Of a stretch of DNA of 64,000 nt, positions 48,818 through 60,703 are shown in pieces (within the stretch, counting starts at the first letter, position 1; each line of letters opens with the position of its first letter). The position numbers and the translations under genes were made by a program. This stretch comes from Hyaloraphidium curvatum SAG 235-1 (Eukaryota > Fungi > Monoblepharomycota): positions 248,001 through 312,000 of the forward strand of contig JAIVFI010000029.1 in NCBI GenBank assembly GCA_025558095.1, written 5' to 3'. The notes beneath the pieces were generated by a model, which worked only from the letters and a program-made list of their open reading frames with translations, was not told the DNA's origin and made no database searches.

Positions 48818-49139
48818 ATGGTCCAAGGCGGCCTGAAGAAGGCACCCAAGGCCTCATCGAACTCTAGTAACCACAAGAAACCGAAGAAGGGCCGGGTCAT
48901 TGCCCCGAAGAACCCGAGTCTTATCCAGAAGCAGAAGCTTGACAAGGTGCTTCGCTAGACGGCTCGGAACGGGCGTGGACTAACGCTGTCTGTTACGTCC
49001 CGTGCAGAAACTCTCGGCGACCATCAACCGCAACATCGAGGGCGTGATGCTGGCCCGTGCCGGAGGACACCTGACGATCCTCAAGAACGAGAGGGACGCA
49101 ACTGAGGAGACGGCGAAGAAAGGGAAGGCAAAGCCCTAG
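48818..49139 (+). CDS. Small basic UPF0390/DUF2462 (C19orf53-like) protein; absent from ORF track
   Basis: Spliced MVQGGLKK..KKGRVIAPK..QKLDK|KLSATINRNIE..GHLTILK; intron about 48947-49007. Confidence 0.8.
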
Positions 49140-49342
49140 GACTGTGCCGGGGCAACGAGGATGCGAGTATGCACCTCTGGAGACTGTTTTCAAGGCGGAG
49201 AATGGGCCGCCAATCCGTGGCGAGGCCGGAAGGGAGCTGGAGAACTCTGCACGGGAGGACTATACCCACGACGTTGTTCGAACTGGTAACTGCGTCAATG
49301 TCCAACGAATCTATCGCCATCAGCCAGAACCATGTACAATAT

Positions 49343-50154
49343 TCATTGGGATGCCGGGGGTGCGGAGGCGGCAGCGGATGCCAGGGGGACCGTCTCGCTC
49401 GGTGCAGCAGCGGCGTTCAGCTTCTGCTCGTCCTTGATCAGCTTCTGGCGGAGCCACCACTGGAGATTGGAAGGAGGAGGGTGAGCGAGAGGACGAAATA
49501 GGCCACGCCACGACGGAACACGAGTCCGAAACGCAGAGGAACCACGGCGGCCGCTCGTGGGACTTCCTGAACTCATGGCGAGCGACGTGCTCGGCAGGCC
49601 GGCCGCAGCCAGGCCGACCGGACCACCGGAACGCCGTGCTCACCTGGCAGCTGCAGCACAGAATGAAAAAGACGTCGATGCCCGCGGCACCGAAGCACGA
49701 GATGCCGATGGCCTGGTAATCCCGCTGCAGACCGATACCGCGGCGGACCATGTCCTGGCCCGTGTAGAAAAGCGCGCCCCAGATCACCTGCGATGCAGTT
49801 CAGGGTCAACACCTCTTCGCTGCGGTGCCCGCGCCGCCGCGCGCCAGATCGGCCGACACGCGACGCGACCAATCTCCAGGCCGACCAGGAAGCCATAATC
49901 GCGATCCAGATGGCTTATCCGACGAAGGTGTGTGGGGGCGACCGGCGCCGCCTGGCCCGTGGCGCCACCGCGCCGCTCTCCGTCCACACCCATCACTGCG
50001 CCGCGACGCCGGGGCCGGCGGTATAGACCACCGCGAGCACGCTGGAGGTGCCGACGCTCACCGCGAAGAACAGGCAGAAGATGCACATGATGATGCAGCA
50101 CATCGAGCACTTTGGCCCGCAGATGGACAGCCGCCGGTACGCCGGGCCCGCCAT
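49343..50154 (-). CDS. RNASEK: V-ATPase subunit f / RNaseK family two-TM protein
   Basis: Spliced ICGPKCSMCCIIMCIFCLFFA|VIWGALF..SCFGAAGIDVFFILCCSCQ|WW; introns 50061-49788 and 49643-49460. Confidence 0.75.
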
Positions 50155-50343
50155 GGCGCCTGCGGGGGGTCAGCGGGGTCGCGCTGCACGCGCAGGGCAC
50201 GCACTCGCTGTTCCGGGGGCTGCAGGGGAACGGGGCGTTGGACAGATGGCCTAGAGTTTGCGCGCGCCGGCGCGTATATGATCGAGCGGGGCAGCGTTAG
50301 CCCAGTGTTTAGGGCGAACTTCCTGTCCAACCATGCTCCGGTA

Positions 50344-53300
50344 ATGGCGTCCGTGTACACGCCGCAGGCGCGCAGCCGGCCGGAGGGCCAGCTGGCGGCG
50401 CTGCTGCGCGGGCGCGCCGAGTGGGAGGGGCCGCCGCCGCCGAAGGACGTGTCGCGCTCGTCGTCGGCGCCGCCCACGCAGCTCGCGCTGCCGCCCGACG
50501 CCGACGCCGACGCCGCCGACCCGCGCGCGGACCCCGACTACGCGGCATACTACCACTCGCACGCGCGGCTCGACCCGCGGCTGCCGCCGCCGATCTACCA
50601 GCCCGGCCAGAGCTGGCACGTGTGGTCGCGCGCAGACGCCGACAGGGACGACAGGGACGCGCCGGGGGACGGCGAGCTGCAGGAGCCGCAGCAGCCGCCG
50701 CCGCTGCAGGCGCGGGACGGCGGCCGGAGCCCCGATCGCGGTCCGAGGCGCGGCTGGGCGTCAGAGGCCGCCTCGCCCGCAAAGTCGGACGCCGCGTCGC
50801 CCAAACGGCGCAACCTGGTGGACCTGATCCAGCAGGTGGGCTCGCTGCCGTCCGTTCGCACGTCGGCCTGACCGTCTCCCGCAGGACTTTCCCCGGACGC
50901 CTTCGCCGTACTTCCCAAAGGGCCGCAAGCCCCTCACCCCGCTCGCCTACGAGGAGGCCGGTGCGGGCGGGCTGGAGGGCTGGTCTTCTACCACGGAGAC
51001 CGTACCTTTGAACGACGAGGTCCGGCGGTCGCCCTCGGCAGACGAGGCGCGGGGACCGCCCCGGCCCTCGTCGACGCCCCCTAACGGGATGCCCTACCGG
51101 ACATCGCTCGCTCCTTCCGCGGCCCCCTCGTCAATCGCCGAGGTCGACCTCGTTTCCGACGGCGGGATCGGATCCGACGTGCTCCTGGGGGTCAGGAACC
51201 TCGGCCTGGGCGCCGCGTCCCGGGCTGACGCGACCGGGCCGGACGATGTTCGACGATCGCCGGCGCGGCAGGCGCAGCTGGCTGCTCCGCCGCCGGAGGC
51301 GACCTACGAGGCCGCCGGCTATCCCGAACCTTCGCTCTCTACCTCGGGTCCGCCGGCTTACGGTCGCCCGTTCCGTGATCCCGATGGCCCCCTGCTCCGG
51401 GGGCTGGGATCCGAGAGCTTCGACGGCTTTGATCCGCGGGTACCCCCCGCGAGGATGACCTATGCCGAGGCTGCTCCCTACGCGGCCGCGTTAGCCATGC
51501 CCCAGCACTCCTTCGGATACCAACCGGACCCGAGGCGCGGTTACGCGCCGCCGATGTACCCGGACCCGAGGAGGGGTTACGCTCCACCGGCCCCCGTCGT
51601 CGCTTATGCAGGCCCTGCGCCGGATTACGGCGCGTACGCGGATCCCAGGCCTCGCGCAGGGGACCGGCGCCAGCGCGCCGCGCAGAGCTACGGGGCGCGA
51701 CCCGACCCACGGGACAGGGACTACTATCCCAGCTACCGGGACGGTTCTGGGCCCCGGGGACGCGATTATGGCTACGGCGGGCCGTCCCAGTTCTCGTACC
51801 CGGAAAGGCCGGACCGGGGAATGGATCCTTTTGGGGGGGCAGATCCGTACGCGGACCGGAATCTGGTGGACCGGGGGTTCCGCGACTACGGGAACCCGGA
51901 ACGAGGCGAGCGGGCAAACGGGTATGCCGCGCACGGCCGTCGCCAGCAGGGGGACGACGGGCTGGGTGCGGATGCGCACGTCGTGCGGAGTCCGGCATTG
52001 GAGGCTTTCCGGCAGAACAAGACCAAGAAGTTCGAGCTTCGGGTGGGTATCCATAGCTCTTGTCGCACCGAGTTGACGTCGAGACCTGACCCACCGCCTG
52101 CCGCAGGACATTGCCGGCTACATCGTCGAGTTTAGTGGGGACCAGCACGGTTCGCGCTTCATCCAGCAGAAACTGGAGACGGCTACGTCGGACGAGAAGC
52201 AGGCGGTCTTTGACGAAATGCTGCCGAGCGCGCTGGAGCTCATGACGGACGTCTTCGGAAACTACGTGATCCAGAAGTTCTTTGAGCACGGTTGGTAGTC
52301 CGCCGCCCGGTTGGCGCCTTCGGCGTCTGACTGCGGGCTCGAAAACAGGCAACCAGCTGCAAAAGTCGGTGCTGGCCAAGGGCATGAAGGGCCACGTGCT
52401 GTCCCTCTCCCTTCAGATGTACGGCTGCAGGGTGGTCCAGAAGGCGCTGGAGTACGTGATGCCGGACGAGCAGGCGTCGCTGGTGCGGGAGCTGGACGGC
52501 CACGTGCTCAAGTGCGTCAAGGACCAGAACGGCAACCACGTGATCCAGAAGGCGATCGAGCGGGTTCCCGCGGAGCACGTGCAGTTCATTCTGGACGCTT
52601 TCCACGGCCAGATCTACTCGCTGGCGACCCACCCGTACGGCTGCCGGGTGATCCAGAGGATCTTCGAGCATTGCACGGAAGAGCAGAAGGTGTGTTTGCC
52701 GGAGGCCCACAGCGCGGCTGTTAATGACTCTCGGGCGCCTTGTTTAGAAACCTCTTCTGGAAGAGTTGCACAGGTACACCCTGAACCTCATCCAGGATCA
52801 GTACGGCAACTATGTCATTCAGCACGTTCTGGAGCATGGCAAGCTGGTCGACAAGGCTGCGGTGGTCGGCAAGGTCCGCGGCCAGGTGCTCGTCCTCAGC
52901 AAGCACAAGTTTGCGAGCAACGTCGTCGAAAAATGTGTTGCCTATGGGAACAAACGCGACCGGCAGCTGCTCATCGACGAGGTCATCCAGACGCGGCCGG
53001 ACGGCACGTCGCCGCTGATTGCAATGATGAAGGACCAATACGGTAGGCGCCCATCACCGTTGGGTCGTTGGACCCGAGATCTTACCGTCGCGCGGTCAGC
53101 CAACTACGTCGTTCAGAAGATGCTCGACGTGGTTGACGGGGAGCAGCGCGACCTCCTCATTGCAAAGATCCGGCCACATCTCCAGTCGCTCAAGAAGTAT
53201 GCGTACGGGAAGCATCTCATATCCAAGGTAGATGCCTCGGATTCTCTGGTGGGGCTCCGCTTATGTTCCATGAACAGGTTGAGAAGTCGGTGCTCCTGCT

Positions 53301-53367
53301 GCAGACGTCGGCGGCGCGATACGATGCGCCGCAGGACCTCTACCAGCTCGCTATTCAACAGTTTTGA
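50344..53367 (+). CDS. Pumilio/PUF RNA-binding protein (Puf3/PUM class)
   Basis: Eight Puf repeats with SRFIQ, NYVIQ, CRVVQ, NHVIQ, CRVIQ, NYVIQ, SNVVE, NYVVQ; KYAYGKHL end. Confidence 0.95.
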
Positions 53368-53491
53368 TCAATTGACGATAAGTTTGCCAACGAGAGATCT
53401 AATTGTAAAAAGGCAAGTGTACAGCTCCTTCATCCCCTGTAAAGAACGAATTGACTTGATGCCACGAAGACTGCAACGCTCGAGCTCACCG

Positions 53492-53974
53492 TCATTGTTG
53501 CATCTCGTCGTCCGCGGCTCCTAGTAGCGAGTTGATCCGTTTCACGAGTTCCTCGTCGTTGTCCCGCGGTTCTTGCATCCAGAAGAAGGTCCTCGGTGCG
53601 TTTCCTGGGATACCGGGGGTTCATGACGAGACTTCTTCACCGCGGAAGCTGGAATCACCCTCGAAACGAAGCAGGTACACCCGGGAACCGCTCGGAGCTT
53701 CCGTGACGCGCTCGAGTTTCGCGTCGCCGGGGAAGAGGATGAGCTAGGGCCGAATGGAGTCCAGTGAAGCCGGGCATTATGGTCAACGCGTGGCAACATC
53801 GAATCTGCCGGCGCTCACGTCCTCATCGACGGTGCGGGTCGTGCGGTCCGAGTGCCATCGAAAGTGAAGCAGGCCATCGTCCTGCTCGCCAATCGTGACA
53901 AGACCCTTCCTCTCGTCGGCGCGGAGCATCTTGCCCTCGCGGACCATGCGACCGGCTTTGAATGAAATGGACAT
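53492..53974 (-). CDS. RPN13: Proteasome ubiquitin receptor Rpn13 (Pru domain only)
   Basis: FKAGRM, DERKG, DDGLLHFRW, LILFPGD, RVYLLRF, FFWMQE; 2 introns. Confidence 0.92.
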
Positions 53975-54036
53975 GCTCGGAGAAAAAGCAATTGCACGGT
54001 GGCGGATGTAGTGGTATCTCAGCGACACAGTCATCA

Positions 54037-56140
54037 TCACCGTGCGTCCCTCCACTCGGCGTACCGCGCGGCAAACATGTCCCGGCACGGAACGCGGGCC
54101 CGCAGCTTCGAGCACAGGAGAAAAGCGCCAGAAAGTTTGCGGTGCAGAGAGTAGGTGGGTTCCGGGGGAGGGGTTAGCCGCTCGCGCAGCATCGTGGGTA
54201 TCAAAGACTTGACGCGATCGGTGACGTCCTGCTTTCCGAAGTCGTAGATCTCCGGTCCCTTCGACAAAAAAGGCCTGGCGAGCGTGCTCACTGCTTGCAC
54301 GTGGGCCTCGATCATGGCCTGAGAATGTGACAGTTGGAATAACACCACGTGCAGCGGCCAAGACGTTGCAATTACCTCGGATTCTTTGCCCGTGAGGAAG
54401 CCGAGCCGCAGCGAGTGCGCAACGATGCCCTTCGTGTCCTCCTGGGCCGCAGCATGGAGCACCTCCATATAATCATCCAGGAAGCTGTCCTCAAAACCGC
54501 GGGCCGAGCCGAAGTCAAGGAGGACAATCTGAGCGGGTCACAGTGAGATGCCCGGAACCGCTTGTGCCCACAAAGAAACTCGCTTTTCGTGACGCTCCAT
54601 CGTAGAAGAAATTGGTCCAATTCGGGTCCGTCTGCATGAACTTGAAAACAAACAGCTCCCGCAAACAGAGGTCCAGCATCCTCGTGGCGATCTGGAGCCA
54701 CAGAATTAGCGTGTGGACCGTGCTCTTCCATCTTCCACGCACCCAGTCGCGCGTGCCCTGTGACTCCCGCTCAAGAATGTTGACTGGGACTCCCTTTGCC
54801 CAGGTCGTCGTCAGCACCCTCTTGGTGCTGAAATCCGCGATCACCGCCGGCACATCGAAGTGCGGGTCCTGCCGCAGGAGATCCCGAAACTTTCGGGTGC
54901 TGTCCGCTTCCCGCAGGTAGTCAGTCTCCCAAGCAAGCTCCTTCCTTGCGGCTGCCACGGAGCTTTCCAAGAACAAGCCACGGGGCAGCAAGTTTCCGAG
55001 AAGAAGCAGGCTCTTGAGGGCATCAAGATCGCTGTCGATGCTCTCTGCGACGCCCGGATACTGGACCTTCACCGCCACAGCCGCTCCGTCGCGCAGCACA
55101 GCCCGATGAACCTGACCAATCGATGCGGCAGCCACGGGAACGAGGTCAAAAGACGAGAATCGGTCTTCCCAGCTGTCTCCAAGCTCTGTGCTCAGTACTC
55201 GCTGACGTCAGGGGTGACGTGTCAGAGCGACCAGGAAGGTCTTTACGGCTGCTGTACTACCTGGAGCTGATAATCCGGCATGTAATTGGCGCTATTTTGC
55301 ACGCGCAACAGCAGTGTTTGCAACTGAGGTGGCAGAAAAGCATTGTCTAGATGATGACACCTCAGTGAGGGCACCACACGGCCGCGTTGAACCCACCCTG
55401 AATGCTGAGCATCTGGCCCAGCTTCAGCGCCGCCCCTCTCATGCGGCTGAGCGTGTTGACAAAGCGATCCATGTTCTGTTCATTGAGCACCACGCTCCCT
55501 AAAGGCCCAGGTCAGCGGAACCGATTTGCAATGGGCTTGCACCTGTCAAACCTTTCCCGCCAGACGAGCTGGGCGTAACGGCTCTACGCACAGCTTCGGA
55601 TGCAGTTCCGTAGCCGACCCCTATCGCTAAGCTGCCATACTGCAGTAGCCTGCCCAGCCGGCTGCTAGGAACAGCACTGGATCGCAGCACAGGACGCGCG
55701 CCCTCAGCCCCCGGTAAGCCCCGCTCCAAGGATGAATCTAAAGCAGCTGGTCCAGGCGCGGCTCCTACAGCCGATTCATTTTGTCCCTGTCTTGTGGATT
55801 GGGTATCTGGGACCTGGGATCGCTCTTCACGGACCCCGCGGTCGTCCATTGCCAGTCCCGGGCCCAATTTCCGTTCCAAGGGCTGATTGGAAACCTCACG
55901 GTAACCAATCCCGGTACTGCCATGTCCATCGAAGGGGCTGCCGGGGTCCAAAGACGTTCGGAACGCTGGCTGTGGAGCGAAAGAAAGCGTTGGTTCGCTA
56001 CCCAGATGGCCAGGCGCCTGGGCAGTCACACGGGCGGCTTCCGCCCCATCGGGCGGTCTGGACGCTACGAGAGCCCGAGCAACTCTCCCCATCGCTGACA
56101 GGAGAGTCGCGAGATCGGACGCCCGCCGCGCGACAGCCAT
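54037..56140 (-). CDS. COQ8: Atypical UbiB kinase Coq8/Abc1
   Basis: [54 protein letters not shown]. Confidence 0.96.
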
Positions 56141-56204
56141 TCTTGCAGATGATCGAAGCGGACTTTTTGAGACGCCGCGGGCCGTCCCGAAAACACAAAC
56201 GACG

Positions 56205-56986
56205 ATGCCGCCGCGGGAGAACCAGAAGGCCGTTGCCGCCAAGGAAAGGAAGGCGGCGACAAAGGCGGAGAAAGATGCCAAGAAGGCGCAAGAGGACGAG
56301 GTCCGCGTCGTGGAGGAATGGTCCAAAGGGGCCAAGTCGTCCGCGAAGAAGGACACGGAACAAGCGCGACGCGAGGAGGCGCTAGCCAAGAAGGCCGAAA
56401 GAGAAGCACTGCTCAAGGCCGTGGGTTCCTTGCGTCTGGACAAGGCTCCCAGGCCTCAAGTTGTTTTCATTAGGAGGAGGAAGGTCTTGGAGCTAAGCCG
56501 GCGCGCCCGGCGCGAGGCGATGAGAAGAAGGCTGTCAAGAGACAGACCAACCTCGATTCGGCATTGTCACAATTGGGATCCGAAGCTGCGGAGGAGTTTG
56601 CGGCCAGCGGCATAGACAGTGCCCTCGACCTGATGGCCGCGCTCGACGTGACTCCCGGGAGTCCGGCGGGGTCGGCAGCCTTGGAGCGGCATCCCGAGCG
56701 TCGGGTCAAGAGCGCGTACGCGGCTTTTGAGGAGGATGAGCTTCCGAAGCTCAAGGCAGAGAACCCCACCCTGCGACAATCGCAGCTGAAGCAGCTGCTG
56801 GCAAAGAAGTGAGTATGGCCCATTGCCCGCCATGACCTGCATTGACTGCTCTTCAGGTGGAAGAAGTCACCCCGAAATCCAATGAATCAGGCAACAATTG
56901 CACACAACGCCACTGCAGAGGAAGAGAGAGAGGCCTTGGGTTCCCTGAAGTCCCAGGTTCTGGAAAGCATGAAGGTTGAGCGGTAA
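56205..56986 (+). CDS. CCDC124: CCDC124/Lso2-family ribosome-associated protein
   Basis: ENQKAVAAKERKA, WSKGAK, ERHPERRVKSAY, LKAENPTLRQSQ, WKKSPENPMN; 2 introns. Confidence 0.92.
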
Positions 56987-57289
56987 TTGATTTCCATCAG
57001 AACTTGCTGTGTATGGGCAACACAAGCGGCACTGGATCTTCATGCACTTCGTGGCTCCAGAAGCTCCTAGGTTCAGCTGTGGCCCGTGCAGCACTTGCTG
57101 GGTCTTTGTTGATGCCTACTCCTTGGTGTGCATGCAGGAGAGAGGTGCCAAGCCACACGATGTGGCAGCCCTCTGCCCTGGTGCTGATGGTTGGGCAGAC
57201 AAGAACAGGCCTGTGATAGATAGACCTGTGCATATTGTGGTGATGTAGGAGCTGTCATGAAGATTTTGCCAAGCTGGGTTGTTGAAAAG

Positions 57290-57420
57290 CAGAACAGTAA
57301 GCTTCCCTTGTCCGCAAAGTGGTCCCCATCTTGTTTGCATGAGGTCATGGGTAGAGCAGGGCGGCTCCTGGACGTCCTCTGATGCTTCTCCACCCGGATT
57401 CAGTGTTTAAGATCAGCGAT
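57290..57420 (-). mobile_element. Degenerate LINE fragment
   Basis: Minus strand ccgggtggagaagcatcagaggacgtcca..tgctctacccatgacct closely matches the RVEKHRRDVQ..CSTHDL segment of the 59311-60545 element. Confidence 0.6.
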
Positions 57421-57469
57421 GGTGCAATGTGACTCATGTGGGGATAAGCGATGGATGGGAACAGCGACA

Positions 57470-58270
57470 TGCGTGGCACAAGCTTCCGAAAGCGTGTAAT
57501 TCGGTCAGAGCAGCGCACGGATCGGATCGGAGGGGGAAACAGCTGCTTGCGTTGTGCCAAGAGGCAGGAGGAGCTCGTGATCCTGAACGGCCGCCTCGAA
57601 CCAGGGGCAACAACCCGTGCAGGGAAAGACAGCGAGCGCGACTGCTCCTGTTCACAGCGCCTGGACGGATAGCATCCGCAGCTTACTCGAGTTCTACTTC
57701 AAGGAGGAGGGAACGCGAGCATGGGATGAGGGGAAGTTGTTCTGGTCAAACGAGGACATCGAGACCGCAATCAAGAGACGATTCCAGGAGATCTGCGCTA
57801 CACAGGTGGTGGATAACGGGAAACTACGGTTCTGGAGGATTGCGCGGATTGGCTTTGGACTGTGCGAGACCCTGCTCATGGATCGCATCGACCTGCGCAC
57901 CTCTTTGAACCGACTGCTCACCAGCACCCACGTGCTCAACGTGAAAACGCAGAGACAACAAGGCATCAGATTCTGTGAGCGGACTTGCCCCCACCATTTG
58001 GATCAGATCGAGGACGAGAAGCACCTTCTGTTTCACTGCTCTGCGTACGATGACGAACGGGAGATTCTTCAGACCCGGACCAGAGAGCTTGGGCGATGCT
58101 GGAACCTGGAGACGGTCATATGGATGTTGAGGAACAACGAAGAAGGTGAAATTCTGCGAGGAGAAGGAGACCTTCTGGCGGAGGAGACGGATCTTGGAGG
58201 CCGCCGGCACATTTATCTATAAGACGGTAGTGGCACTGGGACTCGAGGATTGGAAGGAGAACGCGTTCCA
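57470..58270 (+). mobile_element. Internally deleted non-LTR retrotransposon (APE endonuclease piece fused to post-RT C-terminus)
   Basis: RGKQLLALCQE/LVILNGR endonuclease motif, then directly the C-terminal CPHHLDQIEDEKHLLFHC region; frameshifts present. Confidence 0.7.
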
Positions 58271-58399
58271 AGGAGAGGAACGTGAGCGCGAACTGCTGGA
58301 GGGTTCCAGGAAGGCAGCACACGTGAATGCTCTCGGGGACAGGACCATGGAGGAAGATAACGCGTCTAGGAACGTGTTGGAAGTCGAAGAACCACTCTC

Positions 58400-59270
58400 T
58401 GGAGAGGATATTTGTGGCCTACGTGACTTTGGGACCGCGAAGGGATCGGCGACTGCAGGCGGTATTCAAACGACAAAACTGAGGTTCTTGACAAGGAAGA
58501 CCATCACTTTGATGGAGGATGCAAACACTGTAGATCGATCTGGAGCATTGCCATCGATTGAGAGCATGGTGAAGATGGGCTTTCAGGTGTTGTTGAGCCC
58601 GGAAGGTGGCCAGATTGTTTCCCCAGAGGGAGAACTCATGGGAACACTGTGTTTGCGCAATGGCGCGTATCAAATGAACGCAGAGATCGTGGAGGACGAT
58701 CCATACCTTGCAGAGGGAGCAAGAGGCTCTGATTTCGAAGGACATGAGGCATGTGACGTGACCAGTGGAGGGTCTGACTCTGGAAGTGGAAGTACTTTCA
58801 GCAGAGCTGAGATTCTGGACGCATCATGGGATGCAGCAGACACTCATGCAAGACGATTTGAACATGCCGGATAACCAGGGGGATTTGAATTTGGTTCAGA
58901 AAGGAGATGCCGAAACAGATTTTGTTGCTGACTTGGGAAAGGAGACTAAAGATGCGAATGGACAGCTGCTTTGCGAACTTGACAGGGACATTTTGATGGA
59001 AGATCACTCCGAACCAGACATGATTCAGGAGGAGGTGGAGCTGCAGGGAGAGTCTGTGAGATCTGATGCTTGCAACAAACTGGATTCTGAGGGTGGTGAA
59101 CCAGAGACAAAGGGTAATGGTGATACAGTTCTTGGGCACTGTACAGGCAACGATGCATTCCAACATAAGGCATTCAGGGCAAGACGTGCAAGGCCTGCTT
59201 TGAGAGGGGTGAAGAATAGGATAGTATTGGTGACCCGGACCTGCCCCTGGCTTGGCCTCTCTTACACCAT
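58400..59270 (+). mobile_element. Degenerate Ty1/copia-derived remnant
   Basis: LPSIESMVKMGFQVLLS..IVSPEGELMGT..RNGAYQM resembles the copia post-protease segment; purine tract TGAGAGGGG (59201-59209) followed by TG suggests a PPT/LTR start. Confidence 0.45.
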
Positions 59271-59310
59271 TAGTTTGCTGCTATTTGAAATTTGTTGTCG
59301 TGCATCTCTT

Positions 59311-60545
59311 TCATTTTCCCCGTTTTCTGTCGTTCATGGACTTTGAGATGAAGCTGGCAATGGAGTTGAGGGCCTTCTCCTTTTGCCGCCTCACTTTGAT
59401 CGTGGGCTCGAACTCCTTGATGCTAAGAGCCCAGAGCCAGGTCAACATGTTCCACTCGCGGCCCAGTGTATCCAGTCTGGTCTGCAGCTTCTGGCGCCGC
59501 TCTGCATTTGCTGAACAGTGGAACAGAAGATGTTGTTCGTCTCCAATGTGCTCAGGGTCATGTTTGCACATCCTCTGCTGCACCTCAAGTCCTTGGTGCC
59601 TGCCTGTCTCCACCTCCAGGTCGTGGGTAGAGCACAGCAACTTTTGGACATCCCTCCGGTGCTTCTCCACCCGGATCAGGGATGGTCCGATGTGGCCAGA
59701 GGTCATGTCACACATCCTCCAAAAGTGCAGTTTGTCGTTGTCCTTGAGCCTCTGGGCATTGATCTCCCTGAACTTGCCCTTCACAAGATTCTCCACAGTC
59801 TCCTTGGGCCATGAGAAAGTGTCCTTCTCCCACATCTCCCTCCCATCTTCGCCGCCATAGTATACAAGTAGTTCCCTCAGGAAGGCAGCCCAGTTCCAGG
59901 ACCCCTTCAGTGCCTCGATCTTGAGCTCCTTGTAGAGCAGGTACAATGCAGGATCCGCTGTTTTGATGCGCATGAGGAACTTGAGTGCCGACTCGTAATC
60001 ATGAACAGCAAGGGGGTACTGGCCAGTGATCGCATACAGACAGGCCAGGGAGGTAGACTTGGGCAGATGAGTGACGGCACGAAGAGCCATGCATGTCACT
60101 TTGTCCCTGGTGCTTTCCCCGGCAAGGTACTCTTCCTTCGGCATCTCAACAATGGACGGGTTCCCATATTGGCCCACTGCCTTGACCTTTGTGTTGTAGA
60201 GCTTGAGCTGGAGGTCAGGACTCATCCCAGGCTGCTCCCTGATGTCACGGAGCCAGAGCCCATAAGCAGCGTTCATCTTGGCCTCTCTGCCATGCACATG
60301 GTCCTTGCTCCGGCCGGTTGAGGTCAGCTGATACCCCAGAATTCTGGAACGAAGCTTGAAGCTGTCAACCCTCTTCAGCTCCTGGTCCCTGTACATGACC
60401 TTTACACGGTGAGGTATCCTCCTGGCCATCCACTCTGTCTTGCTGACGTTGATCTCCAGCCCATTGGCACTGGCATATGCAGACAAAAGATCCAGCTGCA
60501 TCTTGGCATCCTTCACCGTCTTCGAGATCAAAGTGGTGTCGTCTG
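59311..60545 (-). mobile_element. LINE ORF2 3' half (RT C-terminal part and Cys/His tail), interrupted by Copia
   Basis: ADDTTLIS, GLEINVSKT, VDSFK..ILG, RMCKHDPEHIGDEQHLLFHC. Confidence 0.88.
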
Positions 60546-60690
60546 TGTTGTGACGAGGTTGTTAGGCTGGCGGCAACTTAGGGAAGCGGCCCCAACTCCA
60601 ATCACAACACAACGGAATTCCCCACACACAGGGGTCACGCATCCTTCCGTCCACACCGGCTAGAGGCCGGACCAGTCGTCCGTCACAACA
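60546..60690 (+). repeat. 5' LTR, 145 bp
   Basis: TGTTGTGACG...CGTCACAACA perfect 10-bp terminal inverted repeat. Confidence 0.88.
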
Positions 60691-60691
60691 G

Positions 60692-60703
60692 GGTTATGAG
60701 CCC
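60692..60703 (+). promoter_or_regulatory. Primer binding site complementary to the initiator tRNA-Met anticodon region
   Basis: GGTTATGAGCCC one base after the LTR; complement of GGGCUCAUAACC, as in half-tRNA-primed copia elements. Confidence 0.85.

Noticed and set aside
49545-49580. GGAAGTCCC resembling the RNase MRP conserved region I
   Set aside because: No matching 3' P4 strand; too short to be meaningful.
345-56986. Selenoprotein or stop-codon recoding
   Set aside because: The in-frame stops I checked in host genes are explained by introns, and I saw no convincing SECIS.
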